Part shown: positions 27,301 through 39,751 of the stretch, in pieces
Layout: every line of letters starts with the position of its first letter
How positions within the stretch are numbered: the first letter of the stretch is position 1
Assembly (NCBI GenBank): GCA_028826165.1
Contig: JAPDFW010000095.1
Location: forward strand, 124,001 to 188,000
Reading direction: 5' to 3'
DNA from: Anaeramoeba ignava BMAN
Taxonomy: Eukaryota > Protista > Anaeramoebae
DNA length: 64,000 nt
The notes under the pieces: model-generated
What the model was told of the DNA's origin: nothing
What the model saw: only the letters and a program-made list of their open reading frames with translations
Databases searched by the model: none
Translations under genes and position numbers: made by a program

Positions 27301-30300
27301 CACATCAAAATATTCTTGATATTCTCCAAAACAAATGCTTATTTCAAGAAGAAACAATAATAAACATCCTCAAAATGCCCTTTTGGAGTTTGTTCGTTCC
27401 TGATTCTGAAGAATATGATTTAAATAATAATTTTGTAAAATGTGATGATAATTCAGAATTTATTGATAATTTAAAATTGATTTATAAAGATTTCCAAAAA
27501 GAATCTCTTATTTCTTCAAATGATTCAATTTCTCTTGTTGAAAAACTAGTAATACGCTCATTATCAACAAACCAAACTCATCCACTTATTATAACTTGCA
27601 ATTCAACATTAATTAGCTTACTTATGAGTTCATCTCTTTTTTATAACCATTTAAATCAAAATTTATTTCCTTTTAATAATAATCTCGAATTTATTCAAAA
27701 AGAAAATTTTTTCGTTTCTGATCTTTTTTGGAAAAGTATTACTTTATTGTTTATATTTTCTTGCTTTAATACTCAATCTCTTGGCAAAAGAACTTTGGAA
27801 CTCTTTTTATTCTTGTTAAGAATCTAATGGAATTTATTATGATCAATGAATCATCATCACTTATTGATAACCAAATCCAAAACAAATCTTCAAATCAACA
27901 ACTTACAAATTTTGAAAAAACTAAAATTAATCAATTAATTACTACATACCAATTCCCAAAATCACTTACAGAAAATTTAATGATTTTTGATATTTCACAA
28001 AAAAATCAAATTACCAAAAATATTCCTGAAAACATTTTGCAAAATTGTGCTCTTTATGATTCAAAATTTAATCTTGCTAAAAAAATTGCTTCTTTTCAAT
28101 CTCATCAATTTGTATTGGATTTAATTACTCAAAAAGAAAACCAAATTTTCCAAAATCCAAGTTGGTTATTAAGAATAATCCGAAATGATATCCAATTACT
28201 TCAAGTCATTTCAATAAAATTTCTTTGTGATTTGGTTTTCTTCCAAATAAAATCTCTTGTTGGTGATGAAAATAGAAATTCCCGAAAAATACAAAAAATT
28301 GATTTATTTAATGATATTTTATCAATAAATAATAAAACAAAAACTGATGAGAAAAATAACAGTAATATGAAAATAGAAAATTTAAATACAAAAGAAATTG
28401 AAATGGAATTGGATAATGAAGACAAATCAACATTAACAAAAGGATCAAAATATTAAATTAACAAGAGATATTTTATTGGAATTAACAAATAGAATTCAAG
28501 ATGATTCATTAAATTGCAAAAAGAATTTCATAAATATTATTGATTACTTATCAATCCATTTATGTTCTCGAAATTCACACAAAAGAGCTTTATGGAGAAG
28601 ATTTTTAAGAACATTATTATTAAATTATCAAAATAAAACATGTTTCGATTATTCCAATGATTGCTTGACTTTCGAAACAGTTTCCGCAATTTGTGATTCA
28701 ATTTTCTATCAAAATATTCAAGATGATTTCCACAATTTCATTAAAAAAATATTGTTATTTGAAACTGATTCTTGTTCTTTAATCGGATATATCACATTTC
28801 TTCACCAAAATTCTGCAAAAGATTTGGATAAATTTTTAACTAATTTCATTTCAAAAAGAGAATTGGTTTTATCATATTTACTTCATGAACCTCAAATATG
28901 CGACATTTTTATCCAAAATATTCATTCAAATGATAAAAAATCTCTTGTTACTCTTTTAGCATTATATGTGAAATCAAGACAAAATGATGAAAATTTGATT
29001 AAAAAACTATCAAAACTTATCCTTCATAAAGAAAAGAAGAGAAAAATAAACTAAAAATCAAAGAGGAATATTTATTGTTATTGATCTCATCAAATTCCCC
29101 CAAAATGATTGATTTTTCCTTCCAATTTTTATCTCCAGATTCAATTCCAAAATTATTTAATTTATATGGATTATCAAAAGAATCAATTCATTCAATTATA
29201 AAATTTACCCAAAAAAATTCACAAATTTTTGATAATTTAGAATCAAATCAATTGAATATGATCATTTTAAAACTTAATTTATGGAAAAAAATGGGATTTA
29301 TAAAAAAAGAAAATGAGTTATTAAATTCTTTTAATTAAAAACAAAAACAAAAACCAAAACAAAAATTAAACAAAAGAGAACCTTAATTTCTAATCAATCC
29401 AAAATCCAAAATATCAAAATCCAAAATGAACAATTTGATTTGAATATCTTTTTAAATTTAAAAACAAAACAAGATGATTTAATTACATCAATAACAAATA
29501 TAAATATCAACAGCGAATTTATTGAACAATTTTCAAAATTGCTTAAAAATCAAATCTTCTTAAATAATTTTCTTGAAAATTCTCTATATTCACTTCCTCT
29601 ACTTTCAAGATTATTCTCTTTTAGTTTAGAAAACCAAGATTATTCTCAAATGATCCTAGAAATTTTCAAATCAATTCAATCAAGTATAAATAATTATATT
29701 ATTGGCACAAAATCAAATCAAAATTTAATAAATACATATCAATTAGTAATTTCAAGTTATATCAATAATATTTCCCAAAAATACCCAAAAAATGCAAAAA
29801 AAACAAAAACCACAAAATCAAGAAAATTGGAATTGTCTGCAAACAAAGGAATAAAACTATTAGCTGATAATCCATCCCATTTCGAAAAATTTCTTCTTAA
29901 ATTAACACAAGAAGAGAAATTAACAGAAATTCAAATTCAACAAATTATCTTATCAATATTCCATCAAAATATGAAAAACGAACAAAATTTAACACCTAAA
30001 TTACAGAAGGATTACTCAAAATTCCCTAAAGGAATTCTGTTTGATTATTACGAGCTTTTCCAAAGATCAGGAATATATCCAACTTTAGAACAAATGAAGG
30101 ATTTACTTTCATTTGAAAATCCCCAAATTTATTACTTAATCACTTTTATTGTTTCCAATTCAGATCTTAATTTCCTTCAAAAATTACTCATTTTTTTATT
30201 GAACGAAAACCCCAAAATCTCTCAAATACAAGCAAAAAACCTTTTAGATATTGTTCATCTCATGATTCGCAAATTCAAAAGTATTGGGAATGAATATTTT

Positions 30301-31701
30301 GAAAGCAAAATTGATCCGCAAAATATAATTTCACTTACAAATTGGATTTTATATGAATCAGAATCAACATCACAACAAAAAATTCAGGACAATAGAATCC
30401 AATTATTACTTTCAGCAAGTGAAAGCCAATCAATTTTCATACCAGTAATTTATAGTCTTATCAACAGAAATCAATCCAATTTTACAAAAAAAAAGAAAAT
30501 GAAGGAAAAGCAAATTATAGAAGAAAAAACAACAATTAACCCAACAAAACAACTATTACTTCGTCTTTATTTTGAATATCCAGAAAGATTCATTGCCTTT
30601 CAAACCAAAAATCAATTGTTTAATTCAGTAAATTATTTGCCATTTGCAACTCAAATATCATCATCAGGATTAGATGAATCGCTATATAAATACCTAAGAT
30701 GCTTGACATCAATAAGCCAATCAAACAAAGGATACACCAAATTATGCTATTTAGCTCTTAATCATCCTCTTATAGTTTACAGATTTATCCCAAATTTTTT
30801 CTCACTTATTGAAGGCAAAATTTATATTGAATTCCCAGGCTTTTTGGATCAAAATTACCACAGATTATTTAGCTATATTGTGGGAATACTGCTTTTGTTG
30901 AAGCCTTTTGTTTTCCATCACGAAAAAACTGAATTTATTGTTGAAATGTTTCTTGAATTTATTAAATCAACAAAACTGAAAGAGAAAAAATTGATTTCTT
31001 TATTTTCCAAAATTATCACCTTTTTATGCTATTGTGGACTCGCAAAAAAACGTTATCGAAAGAAAATTCAGAGCTATTCACGATACATAACCAGATTCCA
31101 CGAAAAATATTTTGAACTCAAAAAGGTTCAACTTCTTTTGGATATAATTTCCAAAAAATCATCAAATCAAATCAATGAAGACGATTTCAGATCATTCCAA
31201 TCAGAAGAATCATTTGAACAATTTAAATCACGATTAGATCCAAATTCAAACACTTATGAACAAATTGAAGATGCTTTGAAAGAGCTTGATGCAGGAACAA
31301 TTCAACTCCCAAATATTCTTGAGTTATTTATTCAAGAATTGCTTTTTTTGACTCAAATCCAAAATCAAAATGTTCCAATGCTTTCTTACAAATTAATCAA
31401 AAGATGTCTTATTGTTTCCCCAAAATATTCTACTTGTTCTTTGGTTATGCGCTCAAGTTTGCAAAGGTTATCCAATTCTTCAAAATTAATTCGTCAAAAT
31501 TCTTTGCAATTTATTCCTCAATTAATTTTATTTTGTCCAAATGATTTGTTTTCTTTATTGTTTAATCGCTTATTTAATTTGAAAAACGAATCCACAGAAG
31601 TTATTAAAGAAATTTTATTTGGAGAAATATTTGAAGATCAGAAAGAAAAAGAGAAACAACAACAACAAGAAATTATTCCTTTTATTCCAGAATTTAAATA
31701 A
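24325..31701 (+). CDS. INTS1: Integrator complex subunit 1 (frameshifted in this sequence)
   Basis: Splicing 24681->25941 gives WPESFVYAYIEDATNQRKWIDHDLAFLFILNIETVF (cf. INTS1 WPE.FVK.YIEDSLGER.WVD). Also E.R......L..WLNNP, FN..SLG...W.......LME, and LALNHPLIVYR..P....L.EG. Four ORF breaks, three of them at homopolymer indels. Confidence 0.85.
24760..25920 (+). repeat. Intronic 13-bp repeat (TTGATTTAAATAA/AT)n
   Basis: Fills INTS1 intron 1 (24682-25940). Confidence 0.93.
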
Positions 31702-31709
31702 AGAAATAT

Positions 31710-32585
31710 TAAATTAATTTTATTAATATTTAAAACAATATAAAATTATTTCCAATATTTTAATTAATTTATTTCATAATTTAAATCAATAATATTAAAT
31801 AATTTAATTTAAATTAATTTTATTTTATATATTTTATTAATATTTCTTTATTTAAAATAATATAAAATTATTCCCAATATTTTAATAAAATTAATAAAAT
31901 ATTTTAATTAATTTATTTCATAATTTAAATCAATAATATTAAATAATTTAATTTAAATTAATTTTATTTTATATATTTTATTAATATTTCTTTATTTAAA
32001 AAATATAAAATTATTCCCAATATTTTAATAAAATTAATAAAATATTTTAATTAATTTATTTCATAATTTAAATCAATAATATTAAATAATTTAATTTAAA
32101 TTAATTTTATTTTATATATTTTATTATTATTTCTTTATTTAAAATAGTTATAAAATTATTTCAATATTTTAATAAAATTAATAAAATATTTTAATTAATT
32201 TATTTCATAATTTAAATCAATAATATTAAATAATTTAATTTAAATTGTTTTATTTTATATATTTTATTAATATTTCTTTACTTTAAAACAATATAAAATT
32301 ATTCCCAATATTTTAATAAAATTAATAAAATATTTTAATTAAATTTATTTCATAATTTAAATCAATATTATTAAATAATTTAATTTAAATTAATTTTATT
32401 TTATATATTTTATTAATATTTCTTTTACTTAAAATAATATAAAATTATTCCCAATATTTTAATAAAATTAATAAAATATTTTAATTAATTTATTTCAAAA
32501 TTTAAATCAATAATATTAAATAATTTAATTTAAATTAATTTTATTTTATATATTTTATTAATATTTCTTTATTTAAAATAGTTAA
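31710..32585. repeat. Intergenic ~144-bp unit satellite, ~6 copies
   Basis: Anchor TTTCA at 31772, 31916, 32059, 32203, 32348, 32493. The unit sequence differs from the 21.7-24.1 kb array. Confidence 0.92.
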
Positions 32586-32803
32586 TTTATCTTTTCAATT
32601 TTTATATTTTTGATTTTTCATTTTTCAATTAATTTTAATAAATATTTTAAAATAATTTTTAAATTAAAATTAAATTTGTTAAATTTAGATTTGTTTCTTA
32701 TTTATTGATTTAAAGAATTTAATTTAATTTATATTTTTAAATTTTTATTTTAAATTTTGAAACAAAAATGACAAAAAATTTAATTTTCTTTATAAATTAG
32801 TTT

Positions 32804-35617
32804 TTAAATGAAATAAATCTCAAGTTCATCAACTTCCCATGAATTATAAGAACCAGCTAAATAACTTTTATTCATTTTTAATTTAATTCCAAAGGTAAAT
32901 TATAAAAATTGAATTTGAATTTTGAAACAAAAATCAGAATTTAACCAAATATCATCTATTAATATTTTTAATAAAGATAAATAATTAATTTTAATAATAA
33001 TTATAATTTAATTTAAAATTAATTTTATTTTAAATTTAAATAATATTATTTATTATATTAATATTTTGAATTATTTATTAATTTAATTTTAATATATAAT
33101 AATAAATATTTATTAAATATAAATATTTACTCCTATATTTTAATAAAGATAAATAATTAATTTTAATAATAATTAATAATAATTTAATTTAAAATTAATT
33201 TTATTTTAAATTAAAATAATAATATTATTTATTATATTAATATTTTGGATTATTTATTAATTTAATTTTAATTATAATAATAAATATTTATTAAATATAA
33301 AATTATTTACCAACTATTTTAATAAAGATAAATAATTAATTTTAATAATAATTAATAATAAATTAATTTAAAATTAATTTTATTTTAAATTTAAATAATA
33401 ATATTATTTATTATATTAATATTTTGGATTATTTATTAATTTAATTTTAATTATAATAATAAATATTTATTAAATATAAATTATTTACTATCTATTTTAA
33501 TAAAGATAAATAATTAATTTTAATAATAATTAATAATAAATTAATTTAAAATTAATTTTATTTTAAATTGAAATAATAATATTATTTATTATATTAATAT
33601 TTTGGATTATTTATTAATTTAATTTTAATTATAATAATAAATATTTATTAAATATAAATTATTTACAACCTATTTTAATAAAGATAAATAATTAATTTTA
33701 ATAATAATTAATAATAATTTAATTTAAAATTAATTTTATTTTAAATTAAAAATAATAATATTATTTATTATATTAATATTTTGGATTATTTATTAATTTA
33801 ATTTTAATTATAATAATAAATATTTATTAAATAATAAATTATTTACAACCTATTTTAATAAAAGATAAATAATTAATTTTAATAATAATTAATAATAAAT
33901 TAATTTAAAATTAATTTTATTTTAAATTAAAATAATAATATTATTTATTATATTACTATTTTGTACTATTTATTAATTTAATTTTAATTATAATAATAAA
34001 TATTTATTAAATATAAATTATTTACCAACTATTTTAATAAAGATAAATAATTAATTTTAATAATAATTAATAATAATTTAATTTAAAATTAATTTTATTT
34101 TAAATTAAAATAATAATATTATTTATTATATTAATATTTTGGATTATTTATTAATTTAATTTTAATTATAATAATAAATATTTATTAATAATAAATATTT
34201 ACTCCCTATTTTAATAAAGATAAATAATTAATTTTAATAATAATTAATAATAAATTAATTTAAAATTAATTTTATTTTAAATTTAAATAATAATATTATT
34301 TATTATATTAATATTTTAGATTATTTATTAATTTAATTTTAATTATAATAATAAATATTTATTAAATATAAATTATTTACAACCTATTTTAATAAAGATA
34401 AATAATTAATTTTAATAATAATTAATAATAATTTAATTTAAAATTAATTTTATTTTAAATTGAAATAATAATATTATTTATTATATTAATATTTTAAATT
34501 ATTTATTAATTTAATTTTAATTATAATAATAAAATATTTATTAAATATAAATTATTTACTTCCAAAAGTTGGACCATCATTTAAATCATATTCAATTGCA
34601 AATTTTTCTTCTCCTTGTTTGAATTGGAAATTTTTCTGGTTTTCTATCTCCTTTATCATTTCTTAATGAAAAAATAAATGCATTTGAATCAATAATATAT
34701 CCCTCACCATCATTTCTATCCTCTTTTCTCCATTTTGATTTATCTTTTGTCCATCCAACTTGAGTAAATCCTCCAAAAATAAAATTATCTTTTGTTTTGA
34801 TAATAACTAATGCTGTTTTATTATCACAAATTGAATGCCAAATTTTAGAATCAAGTCCATCTATTTTTGCTGAATATCCCAATTTCATTTTAGAAAAATC
34901 ATTATCATTTATCCATTCTTGTAATTTCTTAGCATATTCTTCATTTGTAATAATTTTTGAATCTGCAAATTGAGGAAAATTCTTTTTAAATTCCAAATAT
35001 TTTAGATATTCTTCTTTATATTTATCAAAAACGGGTTGCATTTTTTCAATTTCTTTTTCTTTTTCTTTAATTTCTAATTGCAAATTTTGATTTTCTTTGT
35101 TTGTATTTTCAATTTTTGATTTCAAAGCTTGATTTTCTTTATCTTTATTTTCATTTTCTTTTTTCAAATATTGATTATTTTTATCTTTCTCTTTAATTTT
35201 TGATTGCAAATCTTGATTTTCTTTGTTTTTATTTTCAATTTCTGATATACATTTTTGATTTTCTTTCGTTTTCTCTTCAATTTCTGATATACATTTTTGA
35301 TTTTCTTTCGTTTTCTCTTTAATTTTTGATTGCAAATCTTGATTTTCTTTATCTTTCTCTTTAATTTCTGATATATATCTTTGATTTTCTTTCGTTTTCT
35401 CTTTAATTTTTGATTGCAAATCTTGATTTTCTTTGTTTTTATTTTCAATTTCTGATATATATCTTTGATTTTCTTTGTTTGTATTTTCAATTTTTGATTT
35501 CAAAGCTTGATTTTCTTTGAATTTCTCGTGTATAATGAAGTGTGTATGGAGCAAAAAGAAAATAAGAGAATAATGGAATAATGTTGGAGTGCGAATAAAG
35601 TCGATAAAAGGAGCCAT
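32804..35617 (-). CDS. Hydrophobic N-terminus + coiled-coil stalk + TLDc protein with a microexon cassette (may be damaged or pseudogenised in this assembly)
   Basis: ORF 35617-34592 encodes 14-aa coiled-coil repeats and a TLDc domain. Removing one base near 34621 gives KFPIKQGEEKFAIEYDLNDGPTFG; the frame resumes at 32955 as (N)DIWLNSDF, and after indels ends KSYLAGSYNSWEVDELEIYFI* (stop 32804). Collinear with the paralog at 13670-15118. Confidence 0.8.
32956..34559 (-). repeat. Nine tandem ~175-nt GT-AG intron copies separated by microexons (~178-bp unit)
   Basis: On the minus strand each unit starts GTAAAT and ends ATAG. Spacers are GTT, GGA, TTG, GTT, GTT, ATA, TTG, GA. Confidence 0.85.
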
Positions 35618-35818
35618 TTTTATTTTATTAATTTGGAAAAGAAAAAAATGAAAAATGAAAAATGAAATTTAATTTTAATTTTAATTTTAATTTTAATTTT
35701 AATTTTGATTTTAAATTTGATTTTGATTTTGATTTTGATTTTAATTTTGATTTTAATTTTAATTTTAATTATAATTTTAATTTTAATTTTAATTTTAATT
35801 TTGATTTTAATTTTAATT

Positions 35819-36140
35819 TTAATTTTGATTATTAAATTTGTTAATTAATAAATCAAATAAATTTGGATTTGTTTGATTTAATTGAAAATAATCAATTCCA
35901 ATTTGAATTTCATTAATTATTTCTTGTGTAATTTGAATTTCTTCTTTAATTTGATTTGAATAAATCCAATATTCAAATATTTGAAATGATTTATTACTTA
36001 ATTCACTATAATCTGTAACTTTATTTGATTTATCATTTGTTACAGATAAAAACATTCCTCAATATAATTCACTTCTCATTATTAATATTAATTTTGGAAA
36101 TTTATATTGTTTTTCTTTTCTTTCAATAATAAAATCTTTT
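35819..36140 (-). pseudogene. Truncated BTB-like C-terminal gene fragment
   Basis: KDFIIERKEKQYKFPKLILIMRSELY*GMFLSVTNDKSNKVTDYSELSNKSFQIFEYWIYS. BTB-like, with an in-frame TGA and no 5' part. Confidence 0.65.
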
Positions 36141-36246
36141 CATTTTCATTTCCAAAAAAAGTGGAAAAAAAATATTTTTCTTTGATTTTTTATTTTGAAA
36201 AAAAGGAAACCAATTTTGATTCAAAAAAAAAGAGAAAAAAAGAAAA

Positions 36247-39200
36247 TTAATTCAGTAAATTCAATATTGCAAATTTTCCCCATTTTTGAATATCTTTGTT
36301 TTCTGGAAAATTTGCTAAAGCAGTTCGAAGAGATTGAATTCCATTTAATTCTTTAATTTTAATTTTATTATCTAATTCAAATAAAATAAAATAAAATTCA
36401 AATAAAATTAATCAATTTGAATATTTTTTTTTGGATTGTTTTAAACCTTTGTTAAAGGAAAGAATATTTAAAGCTCCACATCCATTAAATTGAATATCTC
36501 TATCATTTGGGAAATTATCCATTGCTCTAATAATAGGTTCAATTCCGTTTAATTTACGAATTTTGATTTTGTTTTCTAAATGAATAATATTTTTAAATAA
36601 ATTTTTTTTTTGAATTAATTTTGATTTTAAGTTTGAGAAAAATTTTACCGAAATTAACACCAATATTTCTTAAAGCACTAGAAGCAAAATATTGGATTTC
36701 GATGTTTTGGGGGAATTTATTCATAGCTTTTATAATTGATTCGATTCCATTGAGTTCACCAATTTTGATTTTATTTTCTTGAATTATTTTTATTTTAATT
36801 TTGATTTTGATTTTGATTTTGATTTTGATTTTGATTTTAATTTTGATTTTGATTTTAATTTTGATTTTGATTTTAAATTTGATTTTGATTTTGATTTTAA
36901 TTTTGATTTTAATTTTGATTTTGATTTTGAATTTAATTTTGATTTTGATTTTGATTTTGATTTTGATTTTGATTTTGAATTTAATTTTGATTTTGATTTT
37001 GATTTTAATTTTAATTTTGATTTTGATTTTGATTTTAATTTTAATTTTGATTTTGATTTTAATTTTGATTTTGATTTTGATTTTAATTTTGATTTTGAAT
37101 TTTGATTTTAAATTTGATTTTAATTTTAATTTTAATTTTAATTTTGATTTTGATTTTGATTTTAATTTTGATTTTGATTTTGATTTTGATTTTAATTTTG
37201 ATTTTGAATTTTGATTTTGATTTTGATTTTGATTTTGATTTTGATTTTGATTTTGATTTTTAATTTTGATTTTGATTTTGATTTTGATTTTGATTTTGAA
37301 TTTGATTTTGATTTTGATTTTAATTTTGATTTTGATTTTAATTTTGATTTTAATTTGATTTTAATTTTGATTTTAATTTTGATTTTAATTTTGAGTTTTG
37401 ATTTTGATTTTGAATTTGAATTTAATTCAATTTAATTTACGTTCAACAACACAAATATTTCTTAAAGCACCACAAGCTTTCCATTGAATTTCTTGGTTAT
37501 CTGAGAAATCATTCATCAATTTAATAATCAATTCAATTCCATTAAGTTTTTGGATTTTGATTTGATTTTCTGAAAAAGAATTTAAGAAAGAATTTTTAAT
37601 TAAGAAAAAAACAATCTTTTTTTATTCTCTAAATTTTTTTTTTGAATAAAACCTTGATTAACAGCTGATAAACTTCTTAAAGCACCACAACCTTCTTCTT
37701 GAATTAAAATATTTGAAGGAAATTTGTTCATTGCGTTAATAATTTGTTCTATTCCATTGAGTTGTCTTATAAGATTTTGGTTATCTTTTTTGATTTTAAT
37801 TTTGATTTTAATTTTGATTTTAATTTAAATTTTGATTTTTGATTTTGATTTTGATTTTAATTTTGATTTTGATTTTGATTTTGATTTTAATTTAAATTTT
37901 AATTTTAATTTTGATTTTAATTTTGATTTTGATTTTGATTTTGATTTTGATTTTGATTTTAATTTTGATTTTGATTTTGATTTTGATTTTAATTTTAATT
38001 TTAATTTTAATTTTAATTTTGATTTTGATTTAGATTTTAATTTTGATTTTGATTTTGATTTTGATTTATATTTTGAATTTTAATTTTGATTTTGATTTTG
38101 ATTTTGATTTTGATTTTGATTTTGATTTTAATTTTGATTTTGATTTTGATTTTGATTTTAATTTTGATTTTGATTTTGATTTTAATTTTGATTTTAATTT
38201 TGATTTTGATTTTGATTTTGATTTTGATTTTAATTTTAATTTTAATTTTAATTTTTTTGCCTTGATTAAAAGTAGCAATATTCATTAAAGCAGAACAAGA
38301 AATCCATTGAATATTTTCATTTTCTGAGAAATTTTTCATTAGATTAATAATAGTTTCAATTCCTTTAAATTCTTTTATTCTATTTTGGTTATCTTTTTTT
38401 TTTTGGAAATTTGTTATTATAATCAATAAAATGATTTTCAATTTGATTTAATTCAATTTGATTTAATTTTATTTGATTTAATTTAATTCAATTTGATTTA
38501 ATTTGATTTTATTCAATTTGATTTGATTTTATTTTATTTGATTTGATTTAAGTTTTTTACTTGAATCCAGAGCAATATTAATAAAGTTTGAAATAGCATT
38601 TTCAATCAAAAATTGATTATTTGGGAAATTTTCTATTGCTTTAAGAATTGTTTGAATTCCTTTAAATTTTACAATTTCGATTCCTAATTTTTCTCTCACA
38701 TCATGTGAATCTATTTTGAATATTGAATTTTTGAATTTTGAATATTGATTTGAATTTTGAATATTGATTTGAATTTTGATTTGAATTTTGATTTGAATTT
38801 TTTACAATTATATCCTCCTGAAAGCCTATGTAAAACAAAGCATCCTTTTTCTTGAATAGTTTCATTTTTTGGGAATTGATTCATCCAAATTATAACATCT
38901 TTAATTGAGATTTGAATTGTTTCTTTTTTTAAATTTAATTTGAATTTAATTTTAATTTTAATTTTAATTCTAATTTTGATTTTAATTTTGAATTTAATTT
39001 TAATTTTGAATTTAATTTTAATTTTGAATTTGATTTTGAATTTGAATTTGATTTTGATATTGATTTTGATTTTGATTTTGATTTTGAATTTTAATTTTAA
39101 TTTTAATTTTGATTTTAATTTTGATTTTGATTTTGATTTTGGAATACTTTGGTTTTCAGCTTGTTTATCATTTTCTTTATCATTTTGTTTATCGTTCTCT

Positions 39201-39751
39201 TTATCATTTTCTTTATCGCTTTATCGTTTTCTTTATCATTTTCTTTATCATTCTCTTTATCATTTTTCTTTATCATTTTCTTTTATCATTTTTCTTTATA
39301 ATTTCATCATTTTCTTTATCATTTTCTCTTTATCATTTTCTTTATCATTTTCTTTATCATTTTCTTTATCATTTTCTTTATCATTTTCTTTATCATTTTC
39401 TTTATCGTTTTCTTTATCGTTTTCTTTATCATTTTCTTTATCATTTTCTTTATCATTTTCTTTATCATTCTCTTTATCATTCTCTTTATCGTTTTGTTTA
39501 TCATCTTCTTTATCATTTTCATCATCTTCAAGAGTAACAACATTTTCATCATTTGTTTCATTTTGATTTTCTTGTTCCTTTTCTTTTTTTTCAAGTTCAA
39601 TTTGTTTTTGAAAATGATTGAAAAATATTTCTAAAATTTCTTGTGCTTCTGGTTCTGTTTGATTTGATTCTTTTTCAATAACAATTTCTTCTTTTTTCTC
39701 AACCTTTTTTGGATTTGATTTCTTTTTGAATTTTCTTATCAATTTTTTCAT
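36247..39751 (-). CDS. Armadillo-repeat protein (aardvark-like repeats), one repeat per exon
   Basis: Exon 1 carries a (DKEN)n tract. Exons 38922-38806, 38710-38561, 38392-38261, 37784-37653, 37569-37441, 36777-36649, 36575-36447 and 36371-36247 encode repeats of the form NQ..I..LNGIE.II..M..FP.N..IQ..GC.AL.N. Confidence 0.88.

Noticed and set aside
27780-29060. Euplotes-style programmed +1 frameshifting or stop-codon reassignment
   Set aside because: The shifts are mixed +1/-1, not at AAA-TAR sites, and fall in homopolymers; other genes use the standard code.
32956-34559. CRISPR-like repeat-spacer array or plain satellite
   Set aside because: Spacers are only 2-3 nt, the context is eukaryotic and there are no cas genes. 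The units have exact splice-site ends and sit in frame within a gene.
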